Positions 9,401 to 18,666 of a stretch of 64,000 bases of DNA are shown in pieces. Every line of letters starts with the position of its first letter. Position 1 is the stretch's first letter. The DNA lies in the NCBI GenBank assembly GCA_965237675.1, contig OZ250150.1, positions 5,540,659-5,604,658 of the forward strand, given 5' to 3'. Both the position numbers and the translations under genes were made by a program. This DNA comes from Candidatus Latescibacterota bacterium. Lineage in GTDB: Bacteria > Latescibacterota > UBA2968 > GCA-2709665. A model generated the notes under the pieces. That model was not told where the DNA came from, ran no database searches, and saw only the letters and a list, made by a program, of their open reading frames with translations.

Positions 9401-10709
9401 AAGCATTGCCCCCTGTATGGCGAAAGACAGTTTTACGTTCCCTTTGCACAGCGTCCAGCAACTCGACTGTACCCCCGGTCCCGATTGCCAGATGCGCGCC
9501 ACCGGGCGAAATCGCCAGGCCGCCGATGTCATAATAGTAAGGCCTGTCCAGTGTGGCGATATGTTGCGGCGAATTCCCTGCCTCAAGCGTAAAGGAAGTC
9601 AGACTCGCGGTGCTGGTACGATTCCCTGCCGTATCAACTGCCACGACATAGATCGGATGCCGGCCCGTATTTGAGAGCGTCGTATGGGCCTCCGCTACGG
9701 TACCGACGTTGTCGGATGGAAGCCTGCCGTCAAAGTTGAAGTCAACGAGTGTATCCGTTTCACCCGACAATCCGTGACAGACCTTCACTTCGGGGGTGCT
9801 GCCCAAAAAGGGATTTTTGGGGCGAACGAACAGGATGACCTGGTGAAGTCCATCGTCGTCGCGAACTCTCAGCTGGACCGGCGTGCTCTCCGACCCGAAA
9901 GGATATTCCGATGAAACAAGCTCAACGGTAGGCGGCGATTCATTGGCAAGCGGGACGTCGGCGTTGAAGTACGGGTGCGCAGACAGAAACTCGGCGGCGC
10001 ACGCGGATAATCTGGCAGATGACCGGTCCGCGCGTCCATACGACTGTATGTACTTATTATCACGGAAGTCATGGTGCAGGCCGAAGGCATGTCCTAATTC
10101 ATGCGCGGCGGCAAACCAATTCCATTCGCCGTATATCATCGCCCATCCGCTGTCCTTCGCCCCTTTTCCGCGTCCGTGGGCGGATCTGGCACTGACGTCC
10201 ATGACAATCAGCATTATGTTTTTCGAGTTGTCGAATGCACGTTTAATCTCGCCTTCTGTGTATCCTCGGCTACTATAGTGGCTGTCGGCGTAGTCCCCAT
10301 CGACCCGATGAACGATCGGATCGCCCTGGTCATCGGTTTCAATCCGGAAAGTCGTGTTTCCGTGTCCTTGCGCCTCCATCTGCTTGCCAAAGAACGTCTG
10401 GAGATCAAGAATCCCCGATTTCATCGAATCGACCACCTCGGTGCGATACGACCGGTCGTTCGGCAGAAAGTAAAAGAGCCGAACGTTCCGCGGTTCTCCC
10501 ACGTTCAGGTCCGACGCCCACTTGCCCGCGGGACGGGGGTGATCGCGCTCCGGATCTTCGTAATCGCCACGCTGGTTTGGTTGCGCCGACTCGGCGGGCA
10601 GGCAGAAATGCACGCTGTCGGCCGGCACGGAAGACGCATAGCCGTCTGACGGCGGCAGGAGCAAGACAGCGAGAACAGCCGATGCGGCGATAGGCAGGAT
10701 CGACTTCAT
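6456..10709 (-). CDS. Secreted metzincin + WD40 + LRR + FN3 protein with class A dockerin-like C-terminus
   Basis: Signal peptide; AAHELGHAFGLHHDFRDNKYIQSYG; WD40s; CDRTPQVRDAIV cap plus LxLxxNxLTSLPAGIFDGL LRRs; FN3 (Y.FEVRAVN..GAG); ends ATDFNGDGRTDFVDFFLFADAYGGTDARFDLDGNGTVDFADFFKFVDAFGS. Confidence 0.9.
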   Translation of the reverse strand: MKSILPIAASAVLAVLLLPPSDGYASSVPADSVHFCLPAESAQPNQRGDYEDPERDHPRPAGKWASDLNVGEPRNVRLFYFLPNDRSYRTEVVDSMKSGILDLQTFFGKQMEAQGHGNTTFRIETDDQGDPIVHRVDGDYADSHYSSRGYTEGEIKRAFDNSKNIMLIVMDVSARSAHGRGKGAKDSGWAMIYGEWNWFAAAHELGHAFGLHHDFRDNKYIQSYGRADRSSARLSACAAEFLSAHPYFNADVPLANESPPTVELVSSEYPFGSESTPVQLRVRDDDGLHQVILFVRPKNPFLGSTPEVKVCHGLSGETDTLVDFNFDGRLPSDNVGTVAEAHTTLSNTGRHPIYVVAVDTAGNRTSTASLTSFTLEAGNSPQHIATLDRPYYYDIGGLAISPGGAHLAIGTGGTVELLDAVQRERKTVFRHTGGNAYVNWSVAFSPDGTLLASGSANGTIKMWNVNTRKEVATLEGHTGRVLSLDFSPDGSMLASGSLDRTVRLWHVATGAHSATLEGHSDGILSVAFVPDGTLVSKSNGGGVKLWNVTTRSEISSFDTDAAGSVAVSPDGASLASRHPHGYGFKLWNIATGMETGTYQHMRDYPWATFAFSPDGAILAVADNGLIEIWNVSTKDYLATISAGPGSAGRLIFSPDGKQLIATANKAIKFWDVSEWTGPITPVCDRTPQVRDAIVAAVSGISNCRNVTESHLAAITILDLQRKGVTALKAGDFDGLDSVIRLWLRYNELAALPVGLFDGLTSLRTLYLNSNRLTSLPAGIFDGLTELRDLHLSDNALTSLPAGIFDGLTELRLIWLRGNALTSLPAGIFDGLTEPLIELVLSGNAVDPLPLFVSLEKVGTNQFKAVAPSGVPFDIVLPLTITNGSITGGTSTLTIPVGSVGSETLTVTRTPGTTFAVTVNIGDPLPVLPGRHQGYVLVRSANLPLAVTEGPVETEVWSGRITVGVSGDSRGYFGRNLRIASAPYGTISDADFVYRGSTYRIGWIMTWNGYEKGLSMGIVGSAAISGCDLRHWTLYVEGLVEGFVFSDAEYNDGWTLSSLSSYSFSPGPDRFPVWNANDQIDLRLTYTDLLAPDAPSVAAINEGNQVKLSWIMPCDGGSEIAGFEYRKRLKNGAFGPWTSIPGSAPNETNATGYTTGNLDNANEYLFEVRAVNELGAGKVSRETNVIAPPLPVCSRTPQVRDVIVSAAPESNCSDVTPAHLGEINALRLASSGITALKSGDFSGLTGLAALRLGANPGSPFSFEVSLEKVGVDQCRAIAPMGAPFELVLPLTVTNGSISGGATTITIARGSVESKPLTVTRTSGTTAAVTVNIGTLPGLPSNHFGYALVKSSDLPLEIISSGVTGGQAATDFNGDGRTDFVDFFLFADAYGGTDARFDLDGNGTVDFADFFKFVDAFGS

Positions 10710-10781
10710 TCTACCAGCCTCCCGTACGTGAGTCCAGTTTCACGGCGCATTCATGCGTAGATGGGGCGTCTCAATCCCACG

Positions 10782-13700
10782 TTATTTTTGTCTTCCGACG
10801 ACGTCGACAACGCGCCCGTTCCCATCGACCACGTTGACGGGCCCCTCCGCAATGCAATCTCCCCAGTCCAGGAAATGCTCCGCGACGAGCTTCGCGCTTA
10901 ACGGGTCGGGCAGCCGGTACTCATCGGCCTGGCTAACGTCGACCTGATAGCCGTGATCGGCCAGCGACTGGATCGTGATCGCGCTCAAAGGTAGGGACCC
11001 TTCGACGTCCGGCCTGATACTCGCGGTCATCAGTTCGTCGCCAAACACGGATCCCCGCCAATGGCCGCTGTCGCTCTCTACGGGTACCTTTGGGCCGCTG
11101 TAATGCCGGCCCCCCGCATTGTCGAATGCCAGAATTGCCAGGGGGCCGGTGAAGTACCTGTCACTATCTCCACGGACCAGGTTCAGTGTTTTCCAGAATG
11201 TCCCAAACCCGAGAACATGCGCCATCTCATGCAGAATTACCTCTAACAGAAAGGTGTCGGACATCCACGTCAGGTCGTCCTTATCGATTGCTATCGATCC
11301 GATCTTCGTAACGAGGGCACCGGATAGTCTATTCCTTTGGACAATGAGCGTTCCGCCTCTCCCGAGGGTGCCGCGGACGCCGTCAATATCGCCAATACCC
11401 ACGAAAATTCGCAGATCGTCTACAAAGTCGTTGACGCGTATCCGCTTATTCAAATCATCGTCCCACTCGTCAACCGGATTGTCCGAGAAGTCGCTGTCCG
11501 GAATGTCTCCTGTAATGATCGACGTCCAACGTGCGGCGGACCTGTGGAATAGCGCCTTTTGAGACGCGCTGAATCCGTCGCCGGAGTCGCTTTCAAGGAA
11601 GACGATCTCGATACGAAAAGGAGACGGCGCGCCGCCCACGGCCACGCCCGATGGATCGACTAGCCCGTCCGCGCCCGTGAGGAGATCTTCGACGTTGGAG
11701 CCGTCGAGGTTGGCGCGCTGGATCTTGTTCGTGCCAGCGTCTGCCCAGTACATCTTCCCGCCAGTCACGTCCACGGCCAGACCATTGGGCTTATCCAGGC
11801 CATTGGCAACCAGATCCTCGACCTGCGAGCCATCAAGACCAGCCCGCTGAATCTTATCCGTACGCCGGTCCGTCCAGTACATCTTCCCGCCGGACACGTC
11901 AACGGCCAGCCCGGTGGGACTGCCAAGGCCGCTGGTAACAAGATCCTCCACCTGGGAACCATCGAGGTTGGCCCGCTGGATCTTTTGGGATCCCGGGTTC
12001 GTCCAGTACATCTTCCCACCTTGCACGTCCAGGGTCAATTCCCCGGGAAACACAAGACCACTTGTAATCAGATCTTCAACAATGGCGCCATCGAGGTCGG
12101 ACCGCTGAATCCTGCTGGTCTGCCTGTCCGTCCAGTACATCTTCCCATCGGATACATCCAGAGCGAGGCCGTATGGTATACCCAGGCCGGTGACCAGATT
12201 TTCGACATTGGACCCATCGAGGCTGGCGCGCTGGATCCTCGACGCGCCCGCGTCCGTCCAGTACATCTTGCCACCGGCCACGTCGAGGGCCAGACCGTCC
12301 GGGCCATCCAGTCCACCGCCGACGACCAGGTCTTCGATCACCGAGCCGTCGAGGTTGGCCCGCTGAATCTTGTCCGTGCCCCAGTCCGTCCAGTAAAGCA
12401 TCGACACGCCGGTGGGTGTGGCCCGCGGCGCGACGGTAACGGCCACCGAGCTCGAGCAGTTGTTGCCGGTATCGGATTCTCCGGACACGGGCTCAACGCA
12501 GGCCCCGTAGAAGTACGTTCCGGCGCTGGATGGCGCATGCAGGCGAATCGACGCATCAACGACGCCGGAGGCTGCAAGCCCCCACACCGCACCCGTGCCA
12601 ACTTGCGTATCGCTCCCGGAAATCATCGCGTCCGGCGAGCGGTAATAGCGCAGTTCAGTCGAGGCCGCCGGACCATCCCCGCGGTTGCGCACGGTCACGC
12701 TTAGTGTAAAGGACTGCCCGGGTGTCAGGGTACCATTGCTCACGGTGGGCGCCTCAACGACCAGGTCCGAGCTTCGGCCGCCAGGAGACGAGACGTCCTT
12801 GCCGAAGTTCTGTGCGAAGATCAGAAAATCGGAAAATCCAATGGCCCCGTCGCCATCCAGATCGTACCGCGCGTCGAACGCCGCGTCGCCCCGTTGTTTC
12901 CCGAATTGTCCCGCAAAAAGCAGAAAGTCGTTAAAACCAACCGTCCCATCGCCGTCGAAGTCGGGAGAAGGCGTGGCATTGAAGGTGATCACATTCGTCG
13001 TCGTAAGCACGTCGCTGGACGTCGTGCTTTCGGCAAGCGTGACCATCGCAATACGGATGGAAAACTCCCGACCCGTGACGTCCGCAACCGTTTCAAACTC
13101 GGCGCGCGCCAGAAAACCGGACGGCGCCAGCGTGACCGGCGTACGGGACGCGAAGTTGGCGCCTGTGGAATCCGCCGGAAGTGTAAGGGGAAACGCGCTG
13201 TTTTCGGCTTTGACGAAGGCCAGAAGCGAAGCATCAAAGTCAAATTTGAGGACCATGCCGATCAGAGGTGTTCTCATGCCCTCGGCGAAAACCTCGAAGG
13301 CGATGGTTTGTCCCCTTCCAGCAACGGTGCCTGACGTGACGCCATCGTCGATCCGGTTGCCCATCCCGCCGTCGGGAATTAGGTCAAGTGACAGAACATC
13401 GGTGCCGTCAGCGCCGGGAGGAGGCGTGGCATTGAACGAGATCACATTTGTTGTCGTAAGCACGTCGATGGACGTCGTACTTTCGGCAAGCGTGACCATC
13501 GCAATACGGATGGAAAACTCCCGACCCGTGACGTCCGCAACCGTTTCAAACTCGGCCCGCGCCAGAAAGCCGGAAGGCGCCAACGTGACCGGCGTGCGGG
13601 TTGCGAAGTTGGCGCCTGTGGAATCCGCCGGAAGTGTAAGGGGAAACGCGCTGTTTTCGGCTTTGACGAAGGCCAGAAGCGAAGCATCAAAGTCAAATTT

Positions 13701-13940
13701 GAGGATCACGCCGATCAGAGGCGTTCTCACGCCCGCAGCGAAAACTTCGATCGCAATGGTCTTTCCATTTCCGGAAACCGTGCCTGCGATGACGCCGTCA
13801 TCCATCCGGTTGCCTGCTCCGCCATCGGCAATCAGATCAACGGAGAGTATCGCATTCGCATTCGGGCCGGCAAAGACTTGACCCGTAAATGTCAGCGACT
13901 TTAGAACGAGGAAAAACAACAGGCCTCTTCTGGAAGTCAT
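10782..13940 (-). CDS. Adaptor-scaffoldin-like protein: 2 cohesin-like modules + class B dockerin-like + CARDB-like + 6 YWTD repeats + leishmanolysin-like (M8) protease
   Basis: Signal peptide; two ~150-aa modules with LKFDFDASLLAFV...GFLARAEF; PDFDGDGTVGFNDFLLF; MYWTD repeats; HEMAHVLGFG...GHW...DELMT...LSAITIQSLADHGY. Confidence 0.85.
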   Translation of the reverse strand: MTSRRGLLFFLVLKSLTFTGQVFAGPNANAILSVDLIADGGAGNRMDDGVIAGTVSGNGKTIAIEVFAAGVRTPLIGVILKFDFDASLLAFVKAENSAFPLTLPADSTGANFATRTPVTLAPSGFLARAEFETVADVTGREFSIRIAMVTLAESTTSIDVLTTTNVISFNATPPPGADGTDVLSLDLIPDGGMGNRIDDGVTSGTVAGRGQTIAFEVFAEGMRTPLIGMVLKFDFDASLLAFVKAENSAFPLTLPADSTGANFASRTPVTLAPSGFLARAEFETVADVTGREFSIRIAMVTLAESTTSSDVLTTTNVITFNATPSPDFDGDGTVGFNDFLLFAGQFGKQRGDAAFDARYDLDGDGAIGFSDFLIFAQNFGKDVSSPGGRSSDLVVEAPTVSNGTLTPGQSFTLSVTVRNRGDGPAASTELRYYRSPDAMISGSDTQVGTGAVWGLAASGVVDASIRLHAPSSAGTYFYGACVEPVSGESDTGNNCSSSVAVTVAPRATPTGVSMLYWTDWGTDKIQRANLDGSVIEDLVVGGGLDGPDGLALDVAGGKMYWTDAGASRIQRASLDGSNVENLVTGLGIPYGLALDVSDGKMYWTDRQTSRIQRSDLDGAIVEDLITSGLVFPGELTLDVQGGKMYWTNPGSQKIQRANLDGSQVEDLVTSGLGSPTGLAVDVSGGKMYWTDRRTDKIQRAGLDGSQVEDLVANGLDKPNGLAVDVTGGKMYWADAGTNKIQRANLDGSNVEDLLTGADGLVDPSGVAVGGAPSPFRIEIVFLESDSGDGFSASQKALFHRSAARWTSIITGDIPDSDFSDNPVDEWDDDLNKRIRVNDFVDDLRIFVGIGDIDGVRGTLGRGGTLIVQRNRLSGALVTKIGSIAIDKDDLTWMSDTFLLEVILHEMAHVLGFGTFWKTLNLVRGDSDRYFTGPLAILAFDNAGGRHYSGPKVPVESDSGHWRGSVFGDELMTASIRPDVEGSLPLSAITIQSLADHGYQVDVSQADEYRLPDPLSAKLVAEHFLDWGDCIAEGPVNVVDGNGRVVDVVGRQK
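12985..13703. repeat. Near-identical duplicated cohesin-like module (453-bp period)
   Basis: ~12985-13250 matches ~13438-13703 almost base for base. Confidence 0.85.
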
Positions 13941-14040
13941 CCGAAATAATCCTTATAGCGAAAGTGAATGCTCGTCTGATCCGGCGCGTAATCTCCGTGC
14001 GCTACCGCGCCCCGTCGGTCCACGACGCAGGGGCCTGCGC

Positions 14041-15387
14041 CTAAGAACCGAACGCATCCACAAACTTGAAGAAGTCGGCGAAATCCACCCTTCCGCTGCC
14101 GTCCAGATCGAAGCGAGGGTCCGTGCCGCCGTACGCATCGGCAAAGAGGAAGAAATCTGCGAAGTCGGTTCGCCCGTCGCCGTTGAAGTCGGTTGCGGCC
14201 GGACCTTGCACCAGCGGTGTTCCGATACGGACGGGCGACCACGGTCCGTCTGCGGCGTCGGAGACCACACGCAACTGAACGTCGTACCGCGTGCCGCCGG
14301 TCAGCCCGGTCACCTCGTAACTCAGCGTACCGGAACCTGTCGTCCAGACATCCTGCACCACAGTCCAGTTAGCGTCGGCCTTGTCCGGGGCGTCGCTGCG
14401 GATGTAGCGCAGGTCGTACGCAGTAATGGCGTAGCCGTCGCTGATGGAAGGCGCAGCCCACGACACGGTTAGCGAGCCGGTACCGGCTGTCACCGAAAGG
14501 ATGGCTGGTGCGCCTCCGCGGGACGTCAGGTCATAGGCATACAGCTTCTTGTCAACGTAGTCAATCACCCACATCGTCGTGCCGTCCGACCAGATGCCGA
14601 CAGGGCGGTTGTTCCCGGCGGCATCAAGCGAATTGACGTCTTTGGCGGGATCCCGGCCATAAAAGGTCAAATTGTAAGCATAGATCTTCGCATCGGCGTA
14701 GTCTGCCACCCACATGGTCGTGCCGTCCGACCAGATTCCCTGTGGGTGGTTGTTTCCAGCGGCTTCAAGCGCATTGACGTCCTTGGCGGGATCCCGGGCC
14801 TTGCGCTCCATGTCATAGGCATACAACTTATCGTCAGTGTAGTCTGCCACCCACATGGTCGTTCCGTTCGACCAGATTCCCTCCGGGTTGTCGTTTCCGG
14901 CAAGTTCAAGCACATTGATGTCTTTGTCGGAGTTCGGGGCCTTGGTGGACATGTCGTACGCATAGACCTTTTCGCCCCACCACGGGTCGTCCGCCACCCA
15001 CATCGTCGTACCGTCCGACCAGATGCCCTCCGGGTCGCCGTTTCCTGCGGCGTCCAGCGTATCGAAGTCATTATTGGGGTCGCGCTCCCCGGACGCCAGG
15101 TCATAGGCATACAGCTTCTCGTTGAACTCGTCCGCCACCCACATCGTCGTACCGTCCGACCAGATGCCCTCCGGATCGTTGTTTCCTGCGGCCGCCAACG
15201 CATCGATGTCCTTGCCTGAATCCCGGGCGCAACATTCTGCGACGGAAATTTTCTGCAGCTTACGCAACTTCCCCTCTTCTTGTCCGCCGACCGGTAGGCC
15301 GTCGCCCGAACCAGGAAACACCCACATCGCCACTATGACCGTAAGAATCGACACGGTAATTCCAATATTGAAGATTCTGCGTCTCAT
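14041..15387 (-). CDS. Five GIWSDGTTMWVAD repeats + FN3 + class A dockerin-like domain
   Basis: Probable ATG at 15387 after AAAGGA (ORF track starts at 15417); N-terminal hydrophobic helix; 5 repeats of ~47 aa; AYDLRYIRSDAPDKADANW FN3; DFNGDGRTDFADFF tag. Confidence 0.85.
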   Translation of the reverse strand: MRRRIFNIGITVSILTVIVAMWVFPGSGDGLPVGGQEEGKLRKLQKISVAECCARDSGKDIDALAAAGNNDPEGIWSDGTTMWVADEFNEKLYAYDLASGERDPNNDFDTLDAAGNGDPEGIWSDGTTMWVADDPWWGEKVYAYDMSTKAPNSDKDINVLELAGNDNPEGIWSNGTTMWVADYTDDKLYAYDMERKARDPAKDVNALEAAGNNHPQGIWSDGTTMWVADYADAKIYAYNLTFYGRDPAKDVNSLDAAGNNRPVGIWSDGTTMWVIDYVDKKLYAYDLTSRGGAPAILSVTAGTGSLTVSWAAPSISDGYAITAYDLRYIRSDAPDKADANWTVVQDVWTTGSGTLSYEVTGLTGGTRYDVQLRVVSDAADGPWSPVRIGTPLVQGPAATDFNGDGRTDFADFFLFADAYGGTDPRFDLDGSGRVDFADFFKFVDAFGS

Positions 15388-15536
15388 CGAGGGAATCCTT
15401 TCGGTTTCCGATTCCACAAAACGTGCCCACTTCCGCCGGACCCGGTTCCCGCGCGAAATCGCGGCGGCCCGACTCCCGCAGGGGTTGGGTGGGCTTCGCT
15501 TCAGCCAGGGTTCATCGACAGCAGGCCCATATTCGC

Positions 15537-17478
15537 CTACGAGCCGAAAGCATCCACAAACCTGAAGAAGTCGGCGAAATCCACCGTGCCGTTCCCATCC
15601 AGGTCAAAGCGAGGGTCCGAGCCGCCGTACGCATCGGCAAAGAGGAAGAAGTCGACGAAATCGGTCCGCCCGTCGCCGTTGAAGTCTGTTGCCGCCAGTC
15701 CCTGGGCTACTGGGGCACCCGTTTTGGCGGGCGACCAGGGGCCTTCGCCCGCATCGCTGATCGCCCGCACCTGCAGGTCGTACTGCGTACCGCCTGCCAG
15801 GCCGGTCACCTCGTGGCTCAGCGCACCGGAACCTGTCGTCCAGATGTCCTGCGCCACAGTCCAGTTAACGTCGGCCTTGTCAGGGGCGTCGCTGCGGATG
15901 TAGCGCAGGTCGTACGCAGTGATGGTGGAACCACCCGCGGATGCCGGCGCGGCCCACGCAACCGTGATTGAGCCCACCCCGGGAGTCATTGAAGGGATGT
16001 CTGGGGCAACGAGAGTCTGGTTAACGGAACGAGGAGGGTGATCTTTGAGGACGGGATATTGGGATGCGGTGCCAAAATCCCACGGGTCGTCAGCGGATCC
16101 ATCTCCATCCAAGTCCACGTTCCAGTCAGCGTAGATGCCGGTGTACCCCATAGGCGACCGCAGTTCGTGCGTGGTCTTGCCAATGCCACCCTGACTGCTG
16201 ACCTGCCCGGTCGTTTGAGTATCCCAGTAACTGTCGGAAATGACACCGTTATCCCAGTTCGCATCAAGTAGGCCGCTTCCATCAGACACCCTGCCGGTGG
16301 CATAGCTGACGGTGATGCTGCCAGAGCTCGTTCCGACCAATCCTCCGAAAAAGTCGCCCCTTCCGGACACGTCACCAGTGGCATGACTGGCGGTGATCAT
16401 GCCAGCGTTATTATCGCCAACCAAGCCGCCGACATCAGCATAGCCGTTGCCGGACACAGGGCCGGTCGCATAGCTGTCGGTTATGGTGCCACCACGATTG
16501 GCGCCGACCAGTCCACCGAAGTTATCACTATGGCCTGACACGTCGCTTGCAGAATGGCTGGTAGTTATGGTGCCATAGTTTTGTCCAACTAGGCCACCAC
16601 CATCGGTGTAGCAGGTCCGGCTGGAGCCGCCAATGTAGATACCAGTCAGATCCTCGAAAAGGTCGCGCAATCCGCCACCGCCGGTTCCTCTCGCACTGAG
16701 CACCCCGCCAGTGGAGTAACTGCTGTCGATGATTCCCGCATTCGTCCCAACCAATCCGCCTATGTTGTCAAAACAACCGCCCACGATACCACTGGAAAAG
16801 CTGTTTGCGATGGTGCCGCTGTTCTTACCAACCAATACGCCGCCATCTCCGTATCCGGATCCCGCCACGGTCGCAGAGACCAACCCAGTCCCGTTTGATA
16901 ACCGAATTTGCGTGCGTAACTGAGAACAATCCGGTCCCGGTTCTCCCTTTTATGTACAAATTGGAAATAGTGTAGCCATTCCCGTCGAAAGTAGCCGCAA
17001 ACGGAAGGCTACGGTTTCCGATAGGCAGCCATCCTGCACCATTGTTCCAATAAGCATCGCCTTCGTCGGGTGTGCCATTTCCGTTGCTGTCAAAATCCAG
17101 GTCGGCGGTTAGCTCGTAGCCGATGCAACCGGACGCGGGACAGCCCATACCGGGAGACGCGTCAGGGAAGGCAATCGCGTAGTCGGTGCGTGATGATGCA
17201 CCATCGCCGTCCAAGTCCCATCGTAACGCGTTCAATTGCGCCAGGTTGGACACTTCAATGAGTCCATCATCGTCCGTGTCGTAATCCCCCGTGTGGTTCG
17301 TATGAGGTGATGTGGCGCCAGTGGTGATCTTTAGAGATTGGTCCGGAAGCTGCTTGATGATGTTACCGAGGATAATACTTCCATTCCTCACGTGAACGAC
17401 ATCTTTCGTCGGTCTCGCAAATGACGTCGAGGTCACCAGAAAAGCGGTCAGGCACGCGACGATGATGAAACGCGGCAT
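15537..17478 (-). pseudogene. Frameshifted GLUG-repeat + FN3 + class A dockerin-like gene (split into ORFs 16825-17478 and 15537-16883)
   Basis: Removing one G of the minus-strand CGGG at 16890-16893 gives ...SVIKRTGLVSATVAGSG... and one 647-codon frame, colinear with the GLUG region of 21290-25684. Confidence 0.8.
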
Positions 17479-17754
17479 ATTTCAGTCCTTTATTTAATAT
17501 GCCTCTTAGGAAGCCGTCGCAAACTCGTTCTGATCCCATACGAGCGCTTTCTGGATTCCTGCGTTCGTAACAGCGACAGCGATTTACCTCTCAAATTGAT
17601 GCGGATACGGCTGTTGGTCGCGATATATGAGAAACAGCTTCCACAATAATCCCGCCAAAGAAAGGCCGGGTTCTATCCTACTCAATCAACGGCGTTCCCG
17701 GTCGCCGTCAACGGGTGTGCAACCGGAAAATCGTGTTTGGATTCTCCGTGACGT

Positions 17755-18052
17755 CAGCGCGGCGAGTCTGTACGTCATTGTGCTCTCGTCCATCACCAGC
17801 CGCTAGAGATAGACCCCGCTCTGTCCCAGGGAACCGCCGGCGTCGTCGCGGACGTACCAGTGGAGGCGGTGCAGGACCCGTCTCACGCTTACCCGTCAGG
17901 GCGAACAATCCGCCAGGTTGGAACCGGTTCCCGCAGAAACCAGGATCGACAGTCTCGCTGTCAGAGGGTTTGGGTGCGTTCTGCCAAAACTGGGGACACG
18001 CGGGCACAACCTTCATCGTCTTGGCCGCCACCACGCAACTGTGAGCCCGCAC
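17755..18052 (-). pseudogene. Decayed FlgD-Ig/T9SS-type C-terminal sorting domain behind a dockerin stop codon
   Basis: Across frameshifts: PQFWQNAPKPSDSETV / SWFLREP / FALTGKR / HRLHWYVRDDAGGSLGQSGVYL*RLV. Aligns to the intact QNMPNPFNPATV...NLLGQE...WDGTDALGRRVASGIYLYRI of 41742-42551. Confidence 0.75.
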
Positions 18053-18666
18053 CTACGCACCGAACGCATCCACAAACTTGAAAAAGTCCGCGAAATTTAC
18101 CGTACCGTTGCCGTCCAGATCAAAACGCGCATCGGTACCGCCGAACGCATCGGCAAACAGGAAGAAGTCGATAAAGTCGGTCCTCCCGTCGCCATTGAAA
18201 TCCGTCGTCGCTTGATCCTGCGCCAGGGGCGTTACGGTATGCCACGCCGACCATGGGCTTTCGTTAGAACCGCTTACCGCCCGCACCTGTACGTCGTACT
18301 GCTCGCCACCGGCCAGACCGGTCAACTGGTGGCTCAGCGCCCCGGATCCGGTCGTCCAGACGTCCTCAACCACGGTCCAGTTCGCGTCGGCCTTGTCTGG
18401 GGCGTTGCTGCGGACGTAGCGCAGATCGTAGGCAGTGACGGCTGAGCCGCCCTCGTTCGTTGGCGCTGTCCATGTAATGGTGAACGAGCCACGACCGGCC
18501 GTCACCGCAAGGATATCGGGCGCGCCCGGTGGGGAGATGTTCGTGGAAGGCATATTGTAGGCATAGATCTTAAGGTCAAAATCATCCGCCACCCACATGG
18601 TCGTGCCGTCCGACCAGATCCCCTCCGGGTTGTCGTTGCCGGCGGCGCCCAGCGAATTGAAATCTT

